DNA of 64,000 nt from positions 64,001 through 128,000 of the forward strand of contig CAWDLW010000016.1 of assembly GCA_963803145.1 (NCBI GenBank), written 5' to 3'. This document shows, one piece after another, positions 1-10,100 of this stretch (positions are counted from its first letter, which is position 1; the number at the start of each line of letters is the position of its first letter). The position numbers were made by a program, and so were the translations under genes. The stretch comes from Methanotrichaceae archaeon (GTDB lineage Archaea > Halobacteriota > Methanosarcinia > Methanotrichales > Methanotrichaceae). Below the pieces are notes generated by a model. The model saw nothing but the letters and a program-made list of their open reading frames with translations, made no database searches and was not told where the DNA came from.

Positions 1-2
1 TC

Positions 3-821
3 AGGGCTGTTTACAATTATTACAACTACTCTAATGATATAGAATTCATCCGCAGCATATGGCCTTCTCTTCTGAGCATCATTGAGCGCTATTCAGGAAA
101 AGGCGATGGCTTCGGTATGGATTCAGACGGATTAATTAATGCGGACCCAGCTCTCACATGGATGGATGCTCGCGTTGATGGAAGGCCGATTACCCCCAGG
201 GCAGGAAAAGCATGTGAAATAAATGCTCTCTGGTATGATGCTCTGTTGATAATGGAATCCTTTGCCCAGGTTCTGGAAGTGCCCTGGAATACAGAGCTAT
301 CCAAACGTGTGAAGGAGAGCTACCAGAGATTCTGGAACAGCGAGACCGGCTGCCTATTCGATGTAATCGATCACGAGGATGCATCCATCAGGCCTAATCA
401 GATCATAGCAGTCTCTGTCGATGATCTCCTGCCGATGATAAAGCGAAAACGTATCTTGGAAACGGTGACTCGTGAGCTCCTAACGCCTTATGGGCTCAGG
501 ACACTATCACCCCGAGATCCACGGTATCTGGGGAGGTACGAAGGAGGACCCGCGCAGAGGGACGCGGCATATCACCAGGGAACTGTCTGGCCCTGGCTCA
601 TCGGTCCATATATTGATGCTTTCCTTTCTGTTAACGGCCAATCAGATGAGAGCAAGGCAAAAGCAAGGGAGATATTACGGCCGCTGGCTGAGCTGGATGT
701 CGTGGGAATCAATACAGTCCCCGAGCTCTTCGACGGAGACGCGCCGCATAGGCCCGGTGGGTGCATATCGCAGGCATGGTCAGTGGCGGAGCTGCTTAGG
801 GCATGGAGCAGGGTACAGTAG
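3..821 (+). CDS. Glycogen debranching enzyme / amylo-alpha-1,6-glucosidase, C-terminal part (5' end outside window)
   Basis: Motifs LTWMDA, ITPRAGKACEINALWY, IRPNQ, LLTPYGLRTL, AYHQGTVWPWL and ISQAWSVAE. The frame is open from the window edge (RAVYNYY...). Confidence 0.92.
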   Translation, partial: RAVYNYYNYSNDIEFIRSIWPSLLSIIERYSGKGDGFGMDSDGLINADPALTWMDARVDGRPITPRAGKACEINALWYDALLIMESFAQVLEVPWNTELSKRVKESYQRFWNSETGCLFDVIDHEDASIRPNQIIAVSVDDLLPMIKRKRILETVTRELLTPYGLRTLSPRDPRYLGRYEGGPAQRDAAYHQGTVWPWLIGPYIDAFLSVNGQSDESKAKAREILRPLAELDVVGINTVPELFDGDAPHRPGGCISQAWSVAELLRAWSRVQ

Positions 822-1290
822 CGATGATAATAATGGTAATGATAATAGGATAATTACGATATTAGCATTCGCTAGCTAGATAAACCTCTCTTTGAGTTAT
901 CCCTGCTTATGCCACATGGATTTCTAAGGGCCTCATTATACATCACAATTCTGGCACTCATTACGGCTTTGTCTACACAGTGGCAGGACGATCTTATCTA
1001 GACAAGAATTCGATTGAAGGGAGCCTTTTATGTCGATGTTCCTTCTTAACACCATGAATGCGTGTAATAGAAACGCAGTTACAATTAAAGCAAAAACATC
1101 TCCGTCGCTATCGCTTGAAGAAGTCCGCAAGCTAGTAAAAGAAAATTGTGAGCCTGGGTTAAACCGCTTAATGGTTGCACGTGGCCGCTTTGATAAAGGA
1201 CTATAGGAACCGGCAATAGATCGATTTATCCTCGCGAGATGGCCCTGCAAAGTAAGAACCTAATAAGAATACTAGCCTACTCGAGAGATT

Positions 1291-1740
1291 TTAACTCTCA
1301 TGGGCTGTAAGTTCGGCATCAATTTTGCTAAGTTCATCAAGCTTATCACCCAATAGATCATCCAAACACTTGATTAATTTCATTATATCGGCAGCAATCA
1401 TTCCAAATTCTTCTTCATCAAGAAAGGCATGGTAGAAATTTGCATGAAATTTTTCAACTTTACCATATATGCGGGATAATTCTGTTCCCACTTTCTCTCC
1501 AAATGCGCTAATTAAATATTCTCTAGTGAAGTTACTGGAAACACAATGTTGTGTTGATGGTTTACCATTCACCAAAAGATAAAGCGCATTGGTAAGGCAT
1601 GAAACAACGCCCCATAATGCTTCACCCGCTTTCTCTCTATCTCTTTTTTCCATCTCCCATTCGAAATTTTGAAGATAACGGTTAGAACGTTCTCTGTATT
1701 CACTTGCTTTATTTATAATTCTTGCAATTTCCTCGTTCAT
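1291..1740 (-). CDS. PaREP1-like (HEPN-related) protein
   Basis: EKAGEALWG helix plus C-terminal (K)FHANFYH resembles the PaREP1 signature; AT-rich. Confidence 0.6.
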   Translation of the reverse strand: MNEEIARIINKASEYRERSNRYLQNFEWEMEKRDREKAGEALWGVVSCLTNALYLLVNGKPSTQHCVSSNFTREYLISAFGEKVGTELSRIYGKVEKFHANFYHAFLDEEEFGMIAADIMKLIKCLDDLLGDKLDELSKIDAELTAHES

Positions 1741-2135
1741 GCTTTAAGATCCGCCATTGTATAAAGGCTGACTTCATTACCATTTTTTGTTATAGCTCTG
1801 TCAAGCTTTGCCGAGATATAAAACGCAATAACTAAACCATATTCTCTAAGTAGCGTTTCCCAACAACTCTTTGAAATGAAAAGGTAATCAGTTGAGAGAA
1901 GAGAATATAGTACAAACTCTATTTCTTTACCGCGGAGTTCAGGAAATTCCTTTTTATCGATGTCTTCAACTTTCAAAATTGTTCCTTTAACGATATCTCC
2001 TTCTTTAAGAGAATATGCCTCGGAAAGCTTTGAAGAAGGAATATCAAACTTAAACTTACTCGCTTTATCCTTTAAATTGTAAGGAACACCACCCCCCCAG
2101 GGTGATGTGTATTTTGACTCAACTATTAAAGCCAT
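1737..2135 (-). CDS. Hypothetical protein with AbrB/MazE-like swapped-hairpin motif(s)
   Basis: FDIPSSKLSEAYSLKEGDIV resembles the AbrB motif. ATG at 2135 is preceded by GAGGT. ATGA overlap with the PaREP1-like gene. Confidence 0.45.
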   Translation of the reverse strand: MALIVESKYTSPWGGGVPYNLKDKASKFKFDIPSSKLSEAYSLKEGDIVKGTILKVEDIDKKEFPELRGKEIEFVLYSLLSTDYLFISKSCWETLLREYGLVIAFYISAKLDRAITKNGNEVSLYTMADLKA

Positions 2136-2144
2136 ATTTGTTAC

Positions 2145-2177
2145 CTCGCTATTCAACAAGTCTCGCTATTCAACAAG
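2145..2177. repeat. Tandem direct repeat CTCGCTATTCAACAAG x2 just upstream of the AbrB-like gene
   Basis: Two exact 16-bp copies (2145-2160 and 2162-2177). Confidence 0.9.
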
Positions 2178-2618
2178 TTGAGTCTTTCTCTTCAATTAAA
2201 ACTTATCTAGAGATGACCCGGCGAGGCAAGGATTTACAGACCTAACCCACGACTAAGATATAACGCGAGATGGCCAATGATGAGTAAATCGGATGTATAG
2301 ACAAGAAACTTGATTACAAGAGGATTTTCTTCGAAGGTTCTTTCACATAGGATATCACCCATTGAGAGATAGCAAACATAAGAATTACTGCCAGCTTAGT
2401 AAGGCAAAAGATAACAAAGGATGAGCGGAGATTGAGAAGTTCTTAGCAGATATTTTTAAATCCATCCTCTTTTTGAACGCGTTGGGCGACGGGATAACCC
2501 GCAAAGGATGCTGAAAATTATCTATAGATGATTCGTTTACACATAAACGGCAGTCCAAGGGTAAATCGCTAAGGGAACGGATATAAGCAAAAGAGGGATC
2601 CGACCAATTTGCATCAGT

Positions 2619-3389
2619 TCATCCGCCCTTCCGAGTTTCTGGGACAGTTGGAGCACTCAAACAGCTTAACACATAATCCAGCAGCTTCAGAAACAACGGG
2701 CTGGCTCTATCCCTTGGTCTGCCGAGTTCAATCTTCAAAATCTCCCTAACCATTCCCGGTCTGGAACTGAGAATTATCAGCCGGTCGGCTAGGTAAATCG
2801 CCTCCTCTACGCTATGGGTTACCACTATTGTGGCCTTTCCTGTTCTTTCCTGGATACTCAGGATATCCTGCTGGATCTGTTTTCTTGTCTGAGGGTCCAG
2901 AGCTGAGAAAGGTTCATCCATTAAAAGGAGCTTTGGCTCAAGGGTAAGGGCTCTGGCAACAGCCACCCTCTGGCGCATCCCTCCAGAAAGCTCATAAGGA
3001 TAGCGATCCCCGCTATCCTGAAGACCAACCATAGAAAGGTACTGCATTGATTTTGTGCGAATCTCCTCTTTGGGTATACCCCTCATCTCCAGGCCTATGG
3101 AAATGTTCCTATTCACGCTGAGCCAGGGAAGCAGAGCATGCTCCCGAAAGGTCATGCCTAGCTGAGGACTCGGGCGCTCCACCCTCTCGCCATCAAGCAG
3201 CACATCTCCACTGGTAGGCTGCTCGAGACCAGCGATTATCCTTAGAAGTGTCGTTTTCCCGCAGCCCGATGGCCCTAGAATTGCCACTATCTCTCCATCC
3301 GATACATCGAAGTTTATATCCTGAAGAGTTATTACCCGGCTTTTTCCCGAGCCGAACTCCTTACTTACCCCCTTCAACTGAAGCATCAT
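2619..3389 (-). CDS. ABC transporter ATP-binding protein, SsuB/TauB/NrtD type
   Basis: Walker A GPSGCGKT, signature LSGGMRQR, Walker B LLMDEPF and VTH. The Q-loop reads TFRE instead of the usual VFQ. Confidence 0.92.
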   Translation of the reverse strand: MMLQLKGVSKEFGSGKSRVITLQDINFDVSDGEIVAILGPSGCGKTTLLRIIAGLEQPTSGDVLLDGERVERPSPQLGMTFREHALLPWLSVNRNISIGLEMRGIPKEEIRTKSMQYLSMVGLQDSGDRYPYELSGGMRQRVAVARALTLEPKLLLMDEPFSALDPQTRKQIQQDILSIQERTGKATIVVTHSVEEAIYLADRLIILSSRPGMVREILKIELGRPRDRASPLFLKLLDYVLSCLSAPTVPETRKGG

Positions 3390-4153
3390 CGTTCGAGCCC
3401 CCTCCAGGAAAACCATCGTCTTTCGACAGCCACAAAGATCCTATCGACTCCTATACCTATAATCCCAATGGCTATCATTCCTGCCATCACAACCTGAATC
3501 TGTCCCCAGCTATATGCGTACATTATAAGGTAACCAAGGCCAGTGCTGGTTCCCGGCAGCATCTCTGCAGCAACTACGCACATCCAGGCGATGCCGAATC
3601 CAATACGCATGCCGGTCCATATTTCGGGTGCAGCTGCTGGAAGGATCACCCGGATCATCAGATCACGCTCCCTGGCGCCCATCATGGTAATTGCCTCGAT
3701 CCAAGCCTTCTTTACTCCTCTAACTCCTTGAAGGGTGTTAAGAAGCACTGGGAAAAAGGCCCCTAAAGCTATGATAAACACTATAGATGCCAGACCTATC
3801 TTCAGCCAGGCCAGGGCCAAGGGCACCCACGCCAAAGGAGGAACAGGCCGCAGAGCGGATATCATACCATCTAATGCCTCTTTGAACGGCTCCCATCTGC
3901 CCATTGCTATTCCCAGCGGAACTGCCAGACAGGCTGCGACAAGAAATCCGAGGCCAACTCTCTGGAGGCTCATGAGAGCGTTTTCGATTAAAGATCCGCT
4001 GCCCATGATATCAGTTCCCGGAGAGAGCAGGACCAACAACACCGATTGGATACTCGGGAGGATGAACTGGTTGTGAATGGAGATGGATAGGACTTCCCAG
4101 AGAATAATTACAGCCAGAGGCAGCACCAGCTTTAGAAGCGTTCTCCTGTTCAC
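3386..4153 (-). CDS. ABC transporter permease, SsuC/TauC type
   Basis: LRPVPPLAWVPL, EAA-like loop EAITMMGA, WMCVVAAEM and GLGYLI; several TM segments. Confidence 0.92.
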   Translation of the reverse strand: MNRRTLLKLVLPLAVIILWEVLSISIHNQFILPSIQSVLLVLLSPGTDIMGSGSLIENALMSLQRVGLGFLVAACLAVPLGIAMGRWEPFKEALDGMISALRPVPPLAWVPLALAWLKIGLASIVFIIALGAFFPVLLNTLQGVRGVKKAWIEAITMMGARERDLMIRVILPAAAPEIWTGMRIGFGIAWMCVVAAEMLPGTSTGLGYLIMYAYSWGQIQVVMAGMIAIGIIGIGVDRIFVAVERRWFSWRGLER

Positions 4154-4214
4154 GTCATCAATCTCCTTTCAATCTCTTTTCATTGCCAGCCGTTTTCGGA
4201 ACGGATTAAATTGT

Positions 4215-5407
4215 TCACACCTTAACACCCTGAATGCCCGATTCATTGAAGGCAATCTGCATAATAACATCAGTGATGGTTCCCAGATCAGGATCCCCGA
4301 GCTTGAGCGGCCTTCCTGCAGCAGATCTGGCTCTGGCCAATGCGACAAAGTCTTCCCAGCTTCTGGCATTGAAGTCTGCCCGTAGAACCAGTCCAGATCC
4401 CTCGTTCTGCACCGGCAGAATTATTCTTTCTTTGCCGCCCAAAAGTATGGAACCGATAGCAGGAGTTACTCCTACATAGGCCATATCCATGCAGTCCTGC
4501 TCCATCAGTGTAGTTAGCGTGAGGCCAGTAGGAGCTGTGACCAGCCCAACCTCCGCCACCTTTTCACCTTTAACCACCAGATCAAGCACTTGAGGCCTAG
4601 TTGAATTATCCTGCGGCTTTAGTGCAATCCCGTAGCGATCGTTAAAGTACCTCCAGTTCTTGATGGCTGCAAACAGAGGTGCCTGATGGTCGATCATCAG
4701 ATAGCCGACGACCAATCTGTGTTCAAGGGGCTTGGGAGTACTTAGTGTGCCTGAATTGATCATCGTTTTGGCGGCACTGTAAGGACCTGGATCGAAGAAC
4801 GAAATGTTTTTAACGCCTGCCCCCAGCTGCCGGGCGATTCATCGAGAAGACAGGCCATCTGAGAAACGAGTGCGTCAATGCCTCGCCACCAGGCATCATC
4901 AGGTTCGCAAGAGAATATCAGGTACGGTCGGGAGTCTTCGAATACCTCATGTGAAGATATGGCACCCTCTCCCAGAGTGTAGTTTTTGCTGCCCATCAGC
5001 CAGTCTGCTGTGATCTCAGTAGATGCGTGGGGATTCTCGCAGACCCACTGAGTGGCCCTGATGTTCAGGTAGCAAAAAGCGCTGACCAGATCCTGGTGAT
5101 TCTCCAAAAGGCGGTCACTGGCCACCAGGACGCAGCATGGGTGATTGCGCCAGCCTGGTGGAAAATCTTTGGAAGCGACCACAATCCTTCCAATTCCTGA
5201 CTCTTCAGCCATCGACAGATAGGGCTGCCAGGCGAAATATCCGTCTATCTGGCCAGTGGCCAGGAGCATGGGCATAAGATTTACACCTTTGCAGTAGAGT
5301 AGCTCTACCTTAGACGGAGTTTCAGCTGCCGTGGAGGGCTGGGCTGAAAATCCGATATCGGAGAGAAAAATTCCGAGGAGAAGCACGACCGCAAAGATGC
5401 GATGCAT
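4215..5407 (-). pseudogene. ABC substrate-binding protein (SsuA/TauA/NrtA class), split by a frameshift near 4805-4840 and apparently circularly permuted
   Basis: The upstream ORF has a signal peptide plus IDGYFAWQPY...HPCC. The downstream ORF has VGYLMIDHQAPLF...EGSGLV...GTITDVIM. The downstream frame is open upstream of its ATG (GVKNISFFDPGPYSAAKT). Confidence 0.75.
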
Positions 5408-5559
5408 GGTAGTCGCTCATCCGGCTTATCATATATACAACTTCGCTAAGATTATATCCAAGCCCTCTCTAGCAAATCAAAGACCTTATAGAACTAAATG
5501 GGTAGCATTACTGCTCGCGTGCCCGGGCCAGGGCATTGCAGCCCCTTGTTGTGTTATGG

Positions 5560-5688
5560 TTAATTATCAACATCGCTCGCCGGTCCAAAGTCGTCTCTCA
5601 GCACCGACCCGAAGAGAGATAGACGCCGGATATGATGCCTCCGGCAAAAATCTGCTATTTTATCCATATCAATAGGTATGCGAGCCAT
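5560..5688 (-). pseudogene. Truncated minimal nucleotidyltransferase (MNT antitoxin) fragment, not in ORF track
   Basis: My translation is [42 protein letters not shown]. It has the GS...DxD motif and stops immediately afterwards. Confidence 0.85.
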
Positions 5689-5735
5689 GTCTATTTACTG
5701 CCAATATTCGCTCTGCCTAGCATACTACTTTGGAT

Positions 5736-6005
5736 TCATCCCCGCCTGCACGCCCAGGCGGGCGCTAGCTTGTGCCTGAATGCAGGTGCGCGCGGGGCAA
5801 CCGGGACCGCTGGGAGGATGGCCAAATCCAGATCGCCGGGAGGCTTGGGGGACTTCTCTCCCTTACCTGCCAGGGAACCGAAGAGGTAGGCCAGGAGTAC
5901 GCCTTCCTTTTTGAAAAGAGACGAAAGGTTCTCCAGGCGGTTCTGAATATCTGGAGGAAGCGGTTTAAGCCTGTACCAGCGCTCGGGGATGCCCAAAATC
6001 AACAC
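5736..6005 (-). pseudogene. Truncated minimal nucleotidyltransferase (MNT) fragment
   Basis: VLLAYLFGSLA...GDLDLAIL, after which homology is lost in GC-rich junction sequence. Confidence 0.75.
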
Positions 6006-6187
6006 TCCTTAATACATGAGTAAAGGCTATCGTCTATCGAAATGTATTCACGGATATGAAGCACACTGCCATCAATGATCTCTGCTTTGATCCTCAGAAA
6101 ATAGAAAGTATCTCCCGTCTTGAAGTCTAGAACATCGTATTTTTTAACTATTTCATCCCTGAGCGATTCTAATGTCTTTAGCATCAT
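5999..6187 (-). pseudogene. Truncated DUF6516/TumE-like toxin
   Basis: YFLRIKAEIIDGSVLHIREY...YS resembles the DUF6516 N-terminal half. The C-terminal RWDNAPHH-type region is missing. Confidence 0.55.
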
Positions 6188-6440
6188 CGATCCTTCTAAT
6201 TTTGGCCTCCAGGTCCCTAAGGCTCTCAGCATAGGCTTTCCATTCGATCAGATCATCCCATTCTTCAAAGCTCTCCTCTCTTTGTTTTATCCTGGTGCCG
6301 AATGCCTCTAGGCTGCAACCATACTTCCTTTCAAAGGATTTGATCCGCTCCCTTATGGGCGCCATCTGGGAGATGGCTTTCAGCCGCTCAAAGGCCTTGA
6401 TATCTTCTGCAGAGACAACGATGCTCATGATTAGCATCAA
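6153..6440 (-). CDS. Putative antitoxin (TumA-like), partner of the DUF6516 toxin
   Basis: FERKYGCSLEAF...EEWDDLIEWKA motif; overlaps the toxin start; GGAGG RBS. Confidence 0.6.
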   Translation of the reverse strand: MMLIMSIVVSAEDIKAFERLKAISQMAPIRERIKSFERKYGCSLEAFGTRIKQREESFEEWDDLIEWKAYAESLRDLEAKIRRIDDAKDIRIAQG

Positions 6441-7002
6441 TTATGATCCTCCTTTGATTTATACTATTTTGATGCTTTGAGGAACGCCAAGTCCAGTACC
6501 ATTTCTAGCAAAGTATAACTTAATTTCAAAAGCCTGCATCTTTATGACTATGAATTTACCTTTTAATTTGCTTTATTGTCACCTAGCGAGATTCAACTAT
6601 AAAGCGCTATGATTTTCGGGTAAGTGTTGAATCGCGCCCGAAGAATGAAAATGATCATTAGCTCTACACTTTCTTTTGGCGCTAAAACTAACGGCTATCT
6701 TAGCGCGCTCCAACGCCCGTGCAGGCTACCCCTAACCCCTATCTGGGGGAAGGCCTTAGAAAACGACAAGCCATACGGTTGATGAGAGCAAGATAAACGA
6801 ATCTTTCTTACGTTGAAGACAAATACTATAATTCTTTCAATCGTTGGCTTTTTGAGTCGGCATTGAAGAATAAAAATTATCGCCAGCTAATGATAATCTA
6901 ATGTTTTTGTAGCATTGCGAAAAGGTTTCTGCCCTTGATAACATATTTAAATAAGTCAACGATTTAAATCTTGTGAACGTATATGATTCGGTTTAAAACT
7001 GA

Positions 7003-7599
7003 AGGGAAGATAATAATCTTAGCCCGTTTGAGGGGAAAGAATTTAATTTTATAAAATTTTTTTATATAAAAGGTGGCAATGGTATCGAATATGTTAAACA
7101 ACATGACTTATGTGTCTGCTTAATTGATGATATGAAACTACCTTCACTCTTTATTTCATCAGGAAAAGTATCATTAGGCGCAGATGTTGCAATAATTGGC
7201 TTTCCAACGTTCGATAGTCTCCAAAGAGTTGAGAATACGCCCTATGTTAAAAAGTCGATAATTAGTAGTGCATTGCGTTACCCCTTCAATACGGATGCAG
7301 AGGAGTTTATCTCCGAAAGAATTGCAATAGACGGGGATTTAGGAGATGGCTTCAGCGGTAGCCCTGTAATTTCAATAAAAGATTTCAAAGTAGTGGGTAT
7401 TATAGATTATTCGCCTGTTGAAATGAGTGAAGGAACCGCAAAAATGGATAAAACGTCGAAGACTCCTCCCTTAGAAGGTATTGCAGCGGTTGCATATCCA
7501 TGTGGGATCACCTTAGCTATTCCTGCAGTTAGGATAAATCAATATCTAGATTTAGTTGAAAACATGGACAGGTCTCGAGTAGTAGAAATGAATATTTAA
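7003..7599 (+). pseudogene. Trypsin-like serine protease, N-terminally truncated
   Basis: GFSGSPV (catalytic Ser) and IIGFP. The open frame upstream of the ATG at 7132 has HDLCVCLI (catalytic Asp region), but stop codons lie further upstream and there is no His motif. Confidence 0.65.
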
Positions 7600-7656
7600 A
7601 ATGCAGTTCCGTATCGCTCACAAGCTCAAGAATATATAAATCTCTGGCATTGGTAA

Positions 7657-10092
7657 TCACTCCCCCTCAATCCTCTTCCTCATCTCCCCAGCCTCTTTCG
7701 CATCCTCAGCCTTGCCCAGCACTCGAGCCACTGCCTCGATCGCCTCCAGGTAGCGCACGATCTGGTCCAGGTAATTTATCAAATCTCCTTGGTATGCATA
7801 CATTCCATATTTATCGCTGAAATCATCTATAATCTCAGCGGGGCTCTTGCCTTCAGCTCGCAGCTCAAGTATCTTAATTGAGATATTCTTCTGGGGGCAG
7901 CCGCAGTAGGGGGTATCCATGCAAGTACAGCGCAGAAAATCCTTTGCAAAATCAAGACACTGCTTCTGGATCTTTCTCTCAAGATCATTTAAATCAGCGC
8001 TGCTCAAAAGATCCAGGAACGAGCCGTGAAGCGCCCGCTGAGATATGTTCATCTTCAGAGAGGTCGATATCTGCTCAGCAAACTTGAGGTAAAGATCTTC
8101 GAAGCTCTCCAAACTCACGGCCACCTCAAGCGGCGATACGCCCTTTTCGAGCTGTTCAGCCATCAGCTTCACCTCATCCGGCGTGAGAAAATGGGCGGCT
8201 GCCACAGCGCCAAGCTTTGTCGGCTCGATCCCCTTTATAAGCCCAGCCTTCGCGAGGGCCTTCAAAGAAGTATCAAGATCATCCAACCCTAACGTCAGCT
8301 CATGCAGACTCTCAAGCTCCTGGCGTGATCGCGCTGCCACTGCATTTGCCAGGACCTCCTCGAGCTGTTGCTCTTCTGAATACTCAGGCGCTACATTCTC
8401 CATCTCGCCATGAAGCAGCGCCAGTGCCACTTCATCTTCAGTCTCGCCACGTGAAGAAGTGAATCTTCTTCCGGGCTCAGCAAGGATATAGACCAATCCT
8501 TTATCGTGGTAACCAGGACGGCCTGCTCGTCCGAGCATCTGGTTGAACTCATGGACGTTCAGCCATTCTATCCCCATAGCAAGAGATTCAAAGATTACGT
8601 GCGATGCAGGAAAATCTACTCCCGCGGCGAGCGCTGCAGTAGTAACAACAGTATTTATCTTTCCCTGGCCGAACAGCTCCTCAATCCTCTTGCGCTCATA
8701 GTACTGAAGACCCGCATGATAGGCCGCTGCACCTTGTATCGATTGTGCGAGATTGTAGCAGTTCTTCCTTGAGTTTGTGAATATTATCGTCTGGCCGCGG
8801 TAACCTGTGGAGGATGTATGCTGCTCTCCCTCCTTCACTAGGTCTCTCATCAGTCGTCTCTTCTCGGGTCCGGAAGAAAATATCAGATGACGCTCTATGG
8901 GAATGGGCCTGACCTCGTACTCTACAAGAGCTGCTCCGAGTCGCTTGGCGAGGATAGCAGGATTGCCGACTGTGGCCGATAGGAATATGAACTGAGCCTC
9001 GGGTGCAACAAGCTTCAGCCTGGCAATCATGCCAGCAAGCCGATGTCCACGCTCGGCATCCTCCAGCATGTGCACTTCATCTATTACTACAGTGCCGATC
9101 TTTCCCAGGTTTCTTCTGGTTCTTATCACCTGATCTATGCCCTCATAGGTTCCTGCGATTATATCGGCATTCAGATCCTGACGCATCTTCCGACCATGGC
9201 CGAGCCTTATCCTGCTCACGCCTACGCGAATGGATGTAGAGAATCCTAATTCACCATAGGCTGACAGCTGGTCATACTTCTGGTTTGCCAGTGCAACAAG
9301 AGGGACAAGAAAGAGAAGCTTTCCCTTTCCTTCGATCAGATTCTTAATCCCTGCTAGCTCGCCTATCAGACTCTTGCCTGTGGCAGTAGCGGATACAACA
9401 AGCTGGCTAACGCCATCAAGAAGTCCGGCCTGAACCGATCTTGACTGAACCGGCAGAAGCTTTGTCAGCCTTTTCTTGAGCATTGCCATAAGCGCATCGG
9501 GAAGCTCAATCTCTTCAAGGTCAAGCGTTGCCTCCTCCCGGCTGGCTGGTATAACATCGAACCTTGTCAGCTCAGGGTCCAGCTTCTCTAGCGATAAGAG
9601 CTTCAGAACATCGTCCAGATTGCGCCTCTTTTTCAGTATGCGCGCCAGGTGCGATTTGCCTGCCCTGCTTAGCCCTCGGAAATCCGCCTCGCGTACAAGC
9701 TCGGCAGCTGCACAGTTCTCGCAGATCCTTGAGCCCTTGTAGGTTATCGCATCTTTGCCGACATAGGTTACCCTATGCTCTCCAAGGCAGTGGTTGCATA
9801 TGCTGACACGGCGGCAGTCCAGCTGAAATGCCTTCAGGAGCTCTAGAAACTTGTTCTCGAGTGCCTCGTCTCCATGGGCTAAGTAGATGGCACCTGCTTT
9901 TCTAAGCAGCTTCAGCGCATCCTCAGGAGGAAGATACTTCTCGACATCCTTCTTAATGAGGAACTTGCCAACCCTCGGCCCCTGGGGCATATCCTTCAAT
10001 CGAAGATAGCCTTCGAAAAGTGTTTTACCATCGCGCAGCGGCAGCAGCATTATTCTTGAACGGTCAGCCTTTGCCAGCACTTGAAAAGCCAT
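7657..10092 (-). CDS. Archaea-specific SF2 DEAD/DEAH helicase (COG1202 / DUF5814 type)
   Basis: SATATGKS, DEVH, LSAT, QMLGRAGRP and C-terminal CTCxxxPYCGC. Confidence 0.92.
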   Translation of the reverse strand: MAFQVLAKADRSRIMLLPLRDGKTLFEGYLRLKDMPQGPRVGKFLIKKDVEKYLPPEDALKLLRKAGAIYLAHGDEALENKFLELLKAFQLDCRRVSICNHCLGEHRVTYVGKDAITYKGSRICENCAAAELVREADFRGLSRAGKSHLARILKKRRNLDDVLKLLSLEKLDPELTRFDVIPASREEATLDLEEIELPDALMAMLKKRLTKLLPVQSRSVQAGLLDGVSQLVVSATATGKSLIGELAGIKNLIEGKGKLLFLVPLVALANQKYDQLSAYGELGFSTSIRVGVSRIRLGHGRKMRQDLNADIIAGTYEGIDQVIRTRRNLGKIGTVVIDEVHMLEDAERGHRLAGMIARLKLVAPEAQFIFLSATVGNPAILAKRLGAALVEYEVRPIPIERHLIFSSGPEKRRLMRDLVKEGEQHTSSTGYRGQTIIFTNSRKNCYNLAQSIQGAAAYHAGLQYYERKRIEELFGQGKINTVVTTAALAAGVDFPASHVIFESLAMGIEWLNVHEFNQMLGRAGRPGYHDKGLVYILAEPGRRFTSSRGETEDEVALALLHGEMENVAPEYSEEQQLEEVLANAVAARSRQELESLHELTLGLDDLDTSLKALAKAGLIKGIEPTKLGAVAAAHFLTPDEVKLMAEQLEKGVSPLEVAVSLESFEDLYLKFAEQISTSLKMNISQRALHGSFLDLLSSADLNDLERKIQKQCLDFAKDFLRCTCMDTPYCGCPQKNISIKILELRAEGKSPAEIIDDFSDKYGMYAYQGDLINYLDQIVRYLEAIEAVARVLGKAEDAKEAGEMRKRIEGE

Positions 10093-10100
10093 TCTGTAAA

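Noticed and set aside
820-870. GATAAT/GGTAAT short repeats after the debranching gene
   Set aside because: Low-complexity sequence with no spacers; not a CRISPR array.
936-1250. ORF on the minus strand and a short plus-strand frame at 1030-1206
   Set aside because: No recognisable motif; possibly a gene remnant, but I cannot support it.
4805-4830. Programmed -1 frameshift in the substrate-binding protein
   Set aside because: G-TTA-AAA is not a canonical slippery heptamer. The altered ATPase Q-loop suggests decay, and a sequencing error is also possible.
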